Below are positions 37,730 through 46,798 of a DNA stretch of 64,000 bases, piece by piece. The stretch lies in assembly GCA_017940245.1 (NCBI GenBank), contig JAGAYZ010000004.1, forward strand, positions 2,931 to 66,930. The letters are read 5' to 3'. Origin of the DNA: Muribaculaceae bacterium (GTDB taxonomy: Bacteria; Bacteroidota; Bacteroidia; Bacteroidales; Muribaculaceae). Under the pieces are notes generated by a model that worked only from the letters and a program-made list of their open reading frames with translations, was not told the origin of the DNA and did not search any database. The translations under genes and the position numbers were made by a program. Every line of letters starts with the position of its first letter. Position 1 is the first letter of the stretch.

Positions 37730-40459
37730 TTACTTGTTGAGAATGATATTAATCACGGCATTCACGTCGGTCACATCCACTTTTCCGTCGCCATTCACGT
37801 CGGGGTTACCCTGATACTCGTCGGCGGTCTTGGTCTTGAGGATGATGTTGATGATGGCGTTGACGTCGGTCACGTCCACCTTGCCGTCGCCATCCACGTC
37901 GCCTTCCAGGCCGGCATTCGCAATCTCTACCCAGTCGGTTCCATTATACTCCATGGGTATCCAGCCCTTGGCGCATGCTTCGGCAATCTGGGTTGCATCG
38001 ATCTCATTGCCCTCGGTCAGTCCGACGCTATGCGTATTGAGCACATGGAAATAGCCCTCGGTGGGCGACTTGGTGGGCAGGCTGCCAATCATTGACGTCA
38101 TTTTGTCGCCTTTGATCTTATTGGTGTTGACTTCCAAGTATTTCAGTGCAGTGCAACCGGTCAGTAACAATTCAGAAAGCTGGTTACTTTCGCATCTTAG
38201 AGAGGTGAGTGCCGGGCAACCGGTCACAGTGAGATTGGTGAGTGCGTAGCCAAAGCTCACATCGAGAAGGGTGAGCGAGGTATTGTTTTTCACATTGAGT
38301 GTCCTCAGGAGCTGCCTGTGGGTCATCATCAACAAGCCGGAAAGTTTGTTGTCATTAGCATAAATTTCCTTGATGCCGTCGGGCATTGTGGGCAGCGATG
38401 TGAGTAGGTTGCTTGAGCAGTTGAGTGTGTTCAGTGTTGAGGGCAGCGAGGGCAGCGATGTCAGCTTGTTGTTGTTGCAATCCAGTGTAGTCATTGCCGT
38501 GCAGCCAGAGACATTGAGAGTAGTCAACGCATTACCTCCACAATCCAAATTAGTGAGCAATGTGTTGTCGCTCACATCGAGCGTTTTCAGGCTGGACTTG
38601 CCGGTGATGGTCAGCGAGGTGAACTTGTTGTTGTTGCAATTCAGTGTAGTCATCGCCGTGCAGCCCGAGACATTGAGAGTAGTCAACGCATTACCTGAAC
38701 AATTCAAATTGGTCAGCAATGTGTTGTCGCTCACATCGAGCGTTTTCAGGTTGGACTTGCCGGTGATGCTCAGCGAGGTGAACTTATTGCTGGCTGCGAA
38801 GATAGTCTGTATGCCGGCAGGCAGCGTGGGCAGCGCGGTGAGGTTGTTGCTTGAGCTGTTGAGCGTGGTCAGTTTTGTGGGCAGTGTGGGCAGCGAGGTC
38901 AGCTTGTTGCTGCTGCAGTTCAGATAGGTCAGTCCGCTTGGCAGTGTAGTGGGCAGCGAGGTGAGTAGGTTGCTTGAGCAGTTGAGTGTGTTCAATGTTG
39001 AGGGCAGCTCGGACAGCATGGTCAGCTTGTTGTTGTTGCAATCCAGTGTAGTCATCGCCGTGCAGCCCGAGACATAGAGGGCAGTCAACGCATTGCCTGA
39101 ACAAGTCAAATTGGTCAGCAATGTGTTGTCGTCCACATCGAGCGTTTCCAGGCTGGACTTGCCGGTGATGCTCAGCGAGGAGAACTTGTTACTTTTAGCG
39201 TAGATTTCCTGTATGCCGTCGGGCATCGTGGGCAGCGAGGTGAGGTTGTTGATTCCGCAGTCCAGATAGGTCAGCCCGCTTGGCAGCGCGGGCAGCGAGG
39301 TCAGCCAATTGTTACGGCAGATTAAACCTGTTAACGTTAAGGTGTTTGGCAACAATAGGCCGTTGATTTTATTATCGCAGCAGTCAACAAATTCCAACTT
39401 CTTATTATACCTCAAATCAAGGTAGCCTAATTTGTTATCGTTGCATCGCAATGTTTTCAGTGCCGAGCATGATGATACATCGAGTGATTGGAGTGAGTTT
39501 CCGACACAAGACAAATCTTCCAATGCCGTGAAGAATCCGATTCCTTGTAGGTTGGTGCAACCTATGATACTCACACGCAGTAGTTTGGTTGCAGCCACAT
39601 CGGCAGTGTAGAGGAATCGCTTGCCGAATTTCTGGGTCAAGTAATTGCGGAAATTGGCATCCGGAAAGTTGGTTTGGTTGATGAGTACCTCCACATTGGT
39701 GTCATCAATCCTAACTCCCCCAGTCACGTTGTTACCAAAACTATTGGTGTCAAAGTCATAATAGGCGACCGACTTGGTGCTCGGGTTGAACAGCGCATTG
39801 CTGGGTGACTGAATGACTTCTTTACCCTCAAAATTCATGACATCGACATTTTTTACATTCTGAACAGCGCCATAGAGGTGAACATAACTATTGGCTTTGA
39901 ACGTCACGCCATAGATGTCGAGCAAGCAGCCGCCACCACCAAAGATAGACGCTGTCACATTGCTGAATTCTACCGTATTTGCAGCACTACTACCCTCAAT
40001 GCCGCCTTTTTTATTGGCTTGCACATAGAGAGTGCCAGATCCGTTGATTGTGAGTTTGTATGCGCCACTGATGTAGATGCCGCCCTCTGAGCCGCCAGTA
40101 ATATGGGTAGACCCGCTGCTCACGATGATTGTTGTAGTCCTCTCGAGGCGGACAGGTGCTGCATCATCGGCCTTGAGGTAGTTCTCACCCACCAGTTTCA
40201 CCGTCAGCCCCGAGTTACTCTCGTTGAGGATGGCACGATTGTCCTTGCCGGTGCGCTCGATGGTGACGTTAGTGAGTGTGACGGTGTTACTCGATGGGTC
40301 GTACTTCACGGTGCCAGAGGTGATGTTGCTACCGGTCACGTTCTGGTAGTTGTCGCTGTTGACACTCACGCCTCCAATCTTGAAGCCGTAGTAGGTGGCG
40401 GCACTGGCGGCCAGGGTGACCAGCAGTGATGCCAACATTAGAGATAGAATTCGTTTCAT
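37730..40459 (-). CDS. LRR protein (mixed IRREKO and short LPxLP repeats) with C-terminal dockerin
   Basis: INQTNFPDANFR cap; LTSLPTLP repeats; three near-identical internal blocks; dockerin duplicated. Confidence 0.88.
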   Translation of the reverse strand: MKRILSLMLASLLVTLAASAATYYGFKIGGVSVNSDNYQNVTGSNITSGTVKYDPSSNTVTLTNVTIERTGKDNRAILNESNSGLTVKLVGENYLKADDAAPVRLERTTTIIVSSGSTHITGGSEGGIYISGAYKLTINGSGTLYVQANKKGGIEGSSAANTVEFSNVTASIFGGGGCLLDIYGVTFKANSYVHLYGAVQNVKNVDVMNFEGKEVIQSPSNALFNPSTKSVAYYDFDTNSFGNNVTGGVRIDDTNVEVLINQTNFPDANFRNYLTQKFGKRFLYTADVAATKLLRVSIIGCTNLQGIGFFTALEDLSCVGNSLQSLDVSSCSALKTLRCNDNKLGYLDLRYNKKLEFVDCCDNKINGLLLPNTLTLTGLICRNNWLTSLPALPSGLTYLDCGINNLTSLPTMPDGIQEIYAKSNKFSSLSITGKSSLETLDVDDNTLLTNLTCSGNALTALYVSGCTAMTTLDCNNNKLTMLSELPSTLNTLNCSSNLLTSLPTTLPSGLTYLNCSSNKLTSLPTLPTKLTTLNSSSNNLTALPTLPAGIQTIFAASNKFTSLSITGKSNLKTLDVSDNTLLTNLNCSGNALTTLNVSGCTAMTTLNCNNNKFTSLTITGKSSLKTLDVSDNTLLTNLDCGGNALTTLNVSGCTAMTTLDCNNNKLTSLPSLPSTLNTLNCSSNLLTSLPTMPDGIKEIYANDNKLSGLLMMTHRQLLRTLNVKNNTSLTLLDVSFGYALTNLTVTGCPALTSLRCESNQLSELLLTGCTALKYLEVNTNKIKGDKMTSMIGSLPTKSPTEGYFHVLNTHSVGLTEGNEIDATQIAEACAKGWIPMEYNGTDWVEIANAGLEGDVDGDGKVDVTDVNAIINIILKTKTADEYQGNPDVNGDGKVDVTDVNAVINIILNK

Positions 40460-40497
40460 AGTCGTTATATTTTTAATTGTTTACTAATTTATAGGTT

Positions 40498-40790
40498 GAG
40501 AGCTTTAAGCTTTAGGCTGTGGGCTTTAAGCCATGGGCTGTGAGCTAAAGTGTAACTTTCAGCTAATAATAGTAGTTTTCTGAGTTCTCTGAGTCCAATT
40601 CATAATTATCAATTAGTTACACTTTCAGGATGAGATTGATCACGGCGTTGACGTCGGTCACATCCACTTTTCCGTCGCCATCCACGTCGGGGTTGCCCTG
40701 ATACTCGTCGGCGGTCTTGGTCTTGAGGATGATGTTGATGATGGCGTTCACGTCGGTCACGTCCACCTTGCCGTCGCCATCCACATCGCC
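40498..40790. repeat. ~300-bp direct repeat copy 2
   Basis: Matches 35310-35615. Confidence 0.85.
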
Positions 40791-43250
40791 GGTGATGGTT
40801 TGCGACGTGGGTAGGATCACGATTTCGCCAGTGAAGTAACTATTAGAGCCGGCGGCGCACACCGAGCCGCGATCCACATGTCCGCCCTCGGGCTTGCTGA
40901 TGTAGCAGTCCACGAGTTGCAGGTCGTAGCCGCAGGAAATGTTGCCTTTGGCCAAGCGCACGGTGGCGTTCTCGATGGTGAGGTTGGCATCGCCGTCGTC
41001 CTCTTGAATCGAGGTGCCCGAAGGCGAGTAGGTGGTTGGGTCGTTGGCGCTGATTTCACAGTTGCGTATGGTCGCGCGATGGTCGCCGCTACCCGGTCCG
41101 CTGCTCAGGTAGATTGCCACACTGGCGTTGTTGAAGTGGAGCTTACCCGGCCCTTCGATCACGGCACCGTCGCTGTTGAAGAAGTTGACGGCAATCTTGC
41201 CTGGGTTGGTCATGGTGATAATGTTTTCACCCACCAACTTGATGTTCAGACCCGGCAAATCAGTTTCCACGCGAATGGCATTTGCGGTCGCGGCGGTGAT
41301 AGTGGCATTGTCGAGGGTGAGCACATTGGCTTCGGGGTCGTAGGTGATAGTGCCCGTGATGCCCTCGCCGGTGACACCGTCCTTGTTGTCGGACGTGACC
41401 TGCACGCCGCACACAGCAATCGGGTAATCGCTGTGACCGTAGAACGGCACCCAATAACCATCTTTGAGCCAACGCAAATCCCATTTCTTGTCTTTCACTG
41501 CCAGGGCTTGCTCGGCTGTCAAGGCATTCACGTCGCTTTCGCCATATTTGAACCTGATATTGCCGTTTTCTTTGATTGGCAACTTGTCAACAAAATTCTG
41601 TGCACCGTCATCGGTGATTTTGTTATTGTAACAATACAGTGTACTGAGATCTGTGTTTTTACTCAAGTCGATTGTGGTGAGCTTATTATTTTGGCAGTAC
41701 AGGATTCTCAAACTTGTAAAGTATTCTATACCCTGAAGTGATGCGATGTTCTTTGAAATAACCGATATTGATGTTACTCGCAGTTCAGTTTGGCTCAAAT
41801 AGCCATTACCATTGGTATCGGCGTTATTTGTCACCCAGTCACGGAATTGCTGGTCGGGGAAGTTCGTTTCATTCACAAGCAATTCGCCTATGTATTCAGA
41901 CCAAGGATTAGCCGTGCTCACTGAGGTGTATGAAAGATGCCAATTCTTGTTTGTAGCGGCTTGAACTTGCTCCCTGATCAAGAGGTTGTTATCAGGCTTA
42001 CTCGCGCCATTTACTAAGGCATTTTCAACAAAGAAACGGATTGTGCCACTCGAGCTCCGCTGCGGTAATTTGTTGACAAACGCTTCGGCGCCGCTCCCAT
42101 TGATGTTGTTAAAGTAGCAATATAGAGCGACCAGGGCGGAATTCTTGCTCAAGTCCAGGGTTGTGAGCTTGTTGTCTTGGCAATATAAATATTTAAGTTT
42201 TTTATTGTAGTCTAAGATAAGCGATGTGAGTTGATTGTCACTACAGTCGAGTGTGGTGAGGTTGGGGCAACTGTCAAGGTATAGTGCTGATAGCGAGTTG
42301 TCGCTGCAGTTAAGGTTGGTAAGGGCAGTGAAATATTTAATTCCTGCAAGGGTGGATATAGATTTTTTCTTGACATCGAGCGAGGTGGTTGCATCGATGT
42401 CGGCCTGAGTGAGATAACCTTTTGGGAACAATTCAAGCAAACACTTACGGAAGTTGGCATCGGGGAAATAGGTTGAATTAATCAGAGCCACATAGTCATT
42501 GCTGACTAATATGTCCTGATTAGACACGTTATTGCCGTTGAGCACGACCGACTCGGCCTCCTGGTTATAGGCTGCCCCCAGAGGCTCTAACACCACATGG
42601 TCATCCAGCAGCACAAAGAGGTCCACGTTGTTCACGTTAGGTTTGCCATTATAAGTGGCTTTTAGCGTCACTTTACTGTTGTCGCAAAATGCCACACGCC
42701 AGATGTCGAGCAAGTCGCCGCCACCACCAGCGATAGTGGCTTTTATTCCTTCTTGAAAACTAATCTGGTTAGAATCGTTACTACCTTCGATGCCTCCCTT
42801 GCTGTCGGCGGTGATATTTATGGTTCCATACCCCTTTAACGTGAGAGCAGTGCTGTTGGTGAGATAAATGCCTCCTTCGCTGCCGCCGGTGATGGTGGCC
42901 TTGCTACCCTCGGGCACAACAATAGTGGTGTGACGCTCAAAGCGCAACGGAGCCGACTCGGTGGCACTGAGCTTGCAAGTGCCCTGTAGCACCACCGTGA
43001 GCTGGGGACGGTACTCGTTGTAGATGGCACGGTTGTCCTTGCCGGTGCGAGCTATGGTCACATTGGTCAACGTGACTGTCTTGGTATCCGGGTCATACAC
43101 TACCTTGCCCGTAATGTTGCTGCCGGTCACGTTCTGATAGTTGTCGCTGTTGACCTCCACGCCTCCAATCTTGAAGCCGTAGTAGGTTGCCGAGTGTGCT
43201 GTCATCGTCGTAACTATCGCGGCGACGAATAAAAGAAGGAGTTTTTTCAT
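40617..43250 (-). CDS. LRR protein with beta-rich modules and C-terminal dockerin
   Basis: N-terminus ATYYGFKIGGVEVNSDNYQNVTGSNIT shared with 37730..40459; two FPDxxFR-capped LRR blocks; dockerin duplicated. Confidence 0.88.
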   Translation of the reverse strand: MKKLLLLFVAAIVTTMTAHSATYYGFKIGGVEVNSDNYQNVTGSNITGKVVYDPDTKTVTLTNVTIARTGKDNRAIYNEYRPQLTVVLQGTCKLSATESAPLRFERHTTIVVPEGSKATITGGSEGGIYLTNSTALTLKGYGTINITADSKGGIEGSNDSNQISFQEGIKATIAGGGGDLLDIWRVAFCDNSKVTLKATYNGKPNVNNVDLFVLLDDHVVLEPLGAAYNQEAESVVLNGNNVSNQDILVSNDYVALINSTYFPDANFRKCLLELFPKGYLTQADIDATTSLDVKKKSISTLAGIKYFTALTNLNCSDNSLSALYLDSCPNLTTLDCSDNQLTSLILDYNKKLKYLYCQDNKLTTLDLSKNSALVALYCYFNNINGSGAEAFVNKLPQRSSSGTIRFFVENALVNGASKPDNNLLIREQVQAATNKNWHLSYTSVSTANPWSEYIGELLVNETNFPDQQFRDWVTNNADTNGNGYLSQTELRVTSISVISKNIASLQGIEYFTSLRILYCQNNKLTTIDLSKNTDLSTLYCYNNKITDDGAQNFVDKLPIKENGNIRFKYGESDVNALTAEQALAVKDKKWDLRWLKDGYWVPFYGHSDYPIAVCGVQVTSDNKDGVTGEGITGTITYDPEANVLTLDNATITAATANAIRVETDLPGLNIKLVGENIITMTNPGKIAVNFFNSDGAVIEGPGKLHFNNASVAIYLSSGPGSGDHRATIRNCEISANDPTTYSPSGTSIQEDDGDANLTIENATVRLAKGNISCGYDLQLVDCYISKPEGGHVDRGSVCAAGSNSYFTGEIVILPTSQTITGDVDGDGKVDVTDVNAIINIILKTKTADEYQGNPDVDGDGKVDVTDVNAVINLILKV

Positions 43251-43285
43251 GAGTGTTATTGCTGGGGGAGATTAATTTTTTACTA

Positions 43286-43322
43286 AGGAGGGGGGCATAA
43301 TTGGACTAGCCCCCTCCTTTTG
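43286..43322. terminator. Terminator-like hairpin
   Basis: aaggaggggg...ccccctcctt. Confidence 0.5.
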
Positions 43323-43348
43323 ATTTTACTTAATGACCAAGTTGGGCT

Positions 43349-43897
43349 TTAGAGGGCATCTTGTTTTTCTTTTAGTTTGACACTCTCGACAACTGCTTTA
43401 ACGATGGGGTCTTCGGGCTGGATGAAGTTAATGGTCACATCCAGGCATTGTTTCTCGCCCCAGTCGGCTACAGCATGATAGAACTGATTGGGCTCGCTGC
43501 GAAGGGTGAAGTAAGTTTTGTCGCCCATTTTCACGTCGGCACCCTTCTCTATGCCGCCAGTTTCAAATATGTCTTTGACTGTCTCGGCAGCAGTCTTGTA
43601 GGGGATAAGCGAGACATCGATTTTTTGAGTCATGTGATCCTCGCGTTCCTTGGTCATGATGATTTCTTGGAAGTGACCCACAGTGGCCTTCCAGCCCTCG
43701 GGCACGTCAAGGCTCAGATCCTCGCTCTCGATAGAGCATGGACCCATTTTCTCGACGACAGCCTCTTCGGCCTCTTCGGCCTCTTCGGCGGTTTCCTCAA
43801 CGGTGGCCGAGTCGGTTGTGGTCGTGTCGCTGTTGGCGTTTCCGGTACATGCAGTCAGCATAGCAGCTGCAGCAAACATTAAAAAAATCTTTTTCAT
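43349..43897 (-). CDS. Acidic lipoprotein
   Basis: MKKIFLMFAAAAMLTAC lipobox (ATG 43897); acidic linker; LSLDVPEGWK. Confidence 0.8.
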   Translation of the reverse strand: MKKIFLMFAAAAMLTACTGNANSDTTTTDSATVEETAEEAEEAEEAVVEKMGPCSIESEDLSLDVPEGWKATVGHFQEIIMTKEREDHMTQKIDVSLIPYKTAAETVKDIFETGGIEKGADVKMGDKTYFTLRSEPNQFYHAVADWGEKQCLDVTINFIQPEDPIVKAVVESVKLKEKQDAL

Positions 43898-43999
43898 TGC
43901 GTAAAAAATTTGTTGATATTTATTTGGTTGATTATTATAGAGTTCTCTATCTCTTATATAGAATTTGGATGACTCAGAGAACTTCCGAGTCGACAATAT

Positions 44000-44767
44000 C
44001 TATTCGGAATATGACTTTTTGATAAACACGGCATTGATGGGGAAACAGTCGTGCTTCGGGCCAGACACCTGCAGGGTCTCGACCACAACAAAGTCGCGGA
44101 AGAAAGTAGCACGCAAGGTGTCGTTGCAACTGTTCACGCGCTCGTATTCCATCACGTTGCCCACCAGTCGGCCGGGGCGGTCGGCGTCGTTGGCGGCCGA
44201 TGCCACTCCATCGCCAGCCGGGCGGTCGAGCGTGTCGAAAATCACCGATCCGTCGCTTTCAACCATCATCTCGAAGAATCCGCCTCGCTCCTCGGGCAGG
44301 ATATATTCGTAGATTTCCGAAAGGTCTTCTTTCGTGGCTGGCTGTAAGGGTCCTTCGCCGGGAGTTTCTTCATTCACCTGGCAGGAAATATCTTTGAACT
44401 GCATAGTTCCTGTGCCGGCATAAGGATCAATGTAGGTCAACTCGCCATCCTCGAACGAGAGTGTGCCGTCGGCAGCCTCACGCAGGTGAAAAAGATACGT
44501 GCCAAGCGCTTTGCCATCGGTTTCATACATGGTGATGTTTATGCCATAATAGTTGCCGATGTCACCGGGATACGTCTCCCAGTGGCCTACCACAAGCCTG
44601 GGTTCGGGCAGGAGGGCATAGCCGGCAGTGATGCCATCATCTTCCCATAGTGTGATGTCTAAGTAGTCGCCGTTGGTCTCACCCGACAGATTTATCACGC
44701 GTGCCTGCAGCGTGACACACACCGACAGCATGAGCAGTAATGCTGAAATGATTTTTGCCATATTCAT
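44000..44767 (-). CDS. Secreted acidic hypothetical protein
   Basis: Signal peptide; operonic spacing with neighbours. Confidence 0.75.
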   Translation of the reverse strand: MNMAKIISALLLMLSVCVTLQARVINLSGETNGDYLDITLWEDDGITAGYALLPEPRLVVGHWETYPGDIGNYYGINITMYETDGKALGTYLFHLREAADGTLSFEDGELTYIDPYAGTGTMQFKDISCQVNEETPGEGPLQPATKEDLSEIYEYILPEERGGFFEMMVESDGSVIFDTLDRPAGDGVASAANDADRPGRLVGNVMEYERVNSCNDTLRATFFRDFVVVETLQVSGPKHDCFPINAVFIKKSYSE

Positions 44768-44774
44768 AGTGTTT

Positions 44775-44981
44775 TTATTGATTATCGGTTACTGACAAAA
44801 GATGCTCGGGATTCCCGTCCAATCTTTTTTTTAGCTTATCTTCCACAATAGCCTCGATGCGCCGCTCCAACTCCTGTTGCATAGCGGCATCATTGAGCAG
44901 CCACTCCAGGTACTCATGGGTGTAGCGCAGGGCGGCTTGGTGTCGTCTCTTGGTGGTTTGGTTGCGGAATCTGAAAAACAT
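44775..44981 (-). CDS. Small helical/coiled-coil protein, first gene of the operon; paralog of 3925..4164
   Basis: HQAALRYTHEYLEWLL...IEAIVEDKLKKRL; follows the -7 box at 45009-45016. Confidence 0.75.
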   Translation of the reverse strand: MFFRFRNQTTKRRHQAALRYTHEYLEWLLNDAAMQQELERRIEAIVEDKLKKRLDGNPEHLLSVTDNQ

Positions 44982-45008
44982 AGCGTAAAGCTGTTAAAGA
45001 TGATGTGG

Positions 45009-45074
45009 CAAAATTACTACAAGAAAAGTAAAAAAGGGCATGCACAATCGTGCAAACCCTATGCAAAATGGTGC
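45009..45074 (-). promoter_or_regulatory. -7 box with upstream 21-bp-spaced direct repeat (putative AraC operator)
   Basis: caaaatta at 45009-45016; atgcacaatcgtgc at 45040 and atgcaaaatggtgc at 45061. Confidence 0.7.
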
Positions 45075-45100
45075 TTTTTCAGCACTTTATGAAGATAAAG

Positions 45101-46723
45101 CTAATTTTTGGTGCCACGATGCTGGCTTGGTGTGGCGCCAAATGTGCGCTTGAAGACCCTAGTGAAACTCGACGCATCGTCAAAGCCACATTGCATAGCC
45201 ACCTCGGTGATGGGAAGTGAAGCATCTTGCTGCAGCAGTAGGCGGGCGTGCTCCAAGCGGATGCGGGTGATGTACTGCTGGGTGGTGGTGCCGGTGATGT
45301 TTTTCACACGTCGGTTAAGGTGGCCGCGGGTGATGCACATCTTGTCGGCCAGTGATTCCACGGTGACCCCATTCTGCATATTATCTTTGACAAAACTCAC
45401 AATCTGTGACAAGAAGTCGCGGTCGTTCTGCGAGAACTCGTCTTGTGACTCAGGTGCGGCAATGGTGTCGTGCGGCGTCTTCGTCAGTTCGTCGATGATG
45501 GCCTGCAGGGCCTCTTCGCGCATGCGAGCGCGCCGACGCATCCACCACCAGACGCAGGCAGCGATGAGTATAGCCATTAGCACCGCACCTATTATAATAT
45601 AGGTGGTGCGTGAACGCTGAGCGGCATTTTCTTGTTTCAGCCAGTCGTTTTCCAGTTCTGCGTTAAATCTTGCCAAGCTCTGTGCACTGGCATGGCTGTA
45701 GAGCGAGTCTTTCAAGAAATCAAATCGGTCCAGTTCCAGTTTGGCACTGTCGGGATTGCTGTGCCACAAACTCTCGTAAAGCCCCCGGCGGGCATGGAGC
45801 TCATTGCCCAGGTCGCCCGTTTTCACGAAGATGCCGGCCGCCTCGCGGAAGTAGTTGACCGCTTCCTGTTCGCGCTTTTGCGAGAACAGAGCCATGCCCA
45901 TCTTGTTGCAGGCGATGCCCAGCGAGTGGATGTCGCCCAAGCGTCGCAGAGCCGGAATCACCGGTTTGAGAACCTGCTCGGCTTCTTGATAACGCTGCAG
46001 GCCGTTGAGTACCGAAGCCTTTTGCGTGAGCCTCACCATGAGTTTGTCTTCTCGGCCCAGTTGCTGCTCCAGGCGGCAGGCCGTGTTGATGTGGTAGAGA
46101 GCCTTGTCGTCGTTGAGCATGGCGTGATAGACCTCGGAAGCAGTGCCGTGCAGCACAGCCTGCCGTGCCAGATTGTTGGCTTTGCCTGCCATGTCAATGG
46201 CCTTGAGGATATATTTTTCGGCCTCTTGTGGTTGATTGGCTCCCAAGTAGATGCCAGCTATGGTGTTCAGCGACGACGACATGAGGTCGGGGTCGCCTTG
46301 CTTTTCGTCAAGTTTATAACATTCCAGGGCATAATGTGCCGCTTTTTCATAGTTGCCCATACGGAAGCATGCGAGCGATAGCAGGTTCAAGCAGTTGGCC
46401 TTCATTTCATCGTCGTGGCATAGCGGCAGTGCTTTCTCGCCGTAAGAAATGGCCTGTTTGTATTGTGCCTGGTCGTAGAAGAATTCGCCTGTCCAGTACC
46501 ACACTTGCTGCTGCAGCGAGTCGGCTGGCACGCTGGCGTTGAATTTGATGAGTTCGTCGGTGAGTTGGGCCTGATGGTAAATGCTCATTAAACGGTTAGC
46601 TTGCTCCATCTTTTGGCTGCCGTGGTCGAAATCTTTCAGTGCTTGCAGGACAGCATCTTGCTGTGGAAATGCTAATAGAGCAGAGAGAAGCACGATGAGT
46701 GCGCTCACGAAGTAACGTTTCAT
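45101..46723 (-). CDS. Periplasmic TPR - TM - AraC regulator, paralog of 4383..6065
   Basis: Shared DSLQQQVWYW, GDPDLMSSSLNT and SLGIACN motifs; TM helix; AraC HTH ITEVAMQCGFDDASSFTRVFKRTFGATPSQ. Confidence 0.9.
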   Translation of the reverse strand: MKRYFVSALIVLLSALLAFPQQDAVLQALKDFDHGSQKMEQANRLMSIYHQAQLTDELIKFNASVPADSLQQQVWYWTGEFFYDQAQYKQAISYGEKALPLCHDDEMKANCLNLLSLACFRMGNYEKAAHYALECYKLDEKQGDPDLMSSSLNTIAGIYLGANQPQEAEKYILKAIDMAGKANNLARQAVLHGTASEVYHAMLNDDKALYHINTACRLEQQLGREDKLMVRLTQKASVLNGLQRYQEAEQVLKPVIPALRRLGDIHSLGIACNKMGMALFSQKREQEAVNYFREAAGIFVKTGDLGNELHARRGLYESLWHSNPDSAKLELDRFDFLKDSLYSHASAQSLARFNAELENDWLKQENAAQRSRTTYIIIGAVLMAILIAACVWWWMRRRARMREEALQAIIDELTKTPHDTIAAPESQDEFSQNDRDFLSQIVSFVKDNMQNGVTVESLADKMCITRGHLNRRVKNITGTTTQQYITRIRLEHARLLLQQDASLPITEVAMQCGFDDASSFTRVFKRTFGATPSQHRGTKN

Positions 46724-46798
46724 ATATTTGAGTTCTGGTTTTGATAGCATCAAGGTGCGAGTTGTCATCGTGATAGCTCGCACCTTGAATTTTTCTGA

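Noticed and set aside
932-43250. Diversity-generating retroelement or invertase shufflon behind the repeats
   Set aside because: No reverse transcriptase or recombinase is in the window, the repeat differences are not adenine-specific, and the repeats are direct rather than inverted.
932-43250. A true cellulosome
   Set aside because: No glycoside hydrolase or cohesin domain was recognised among the dockerin-bearing proteins in this window.
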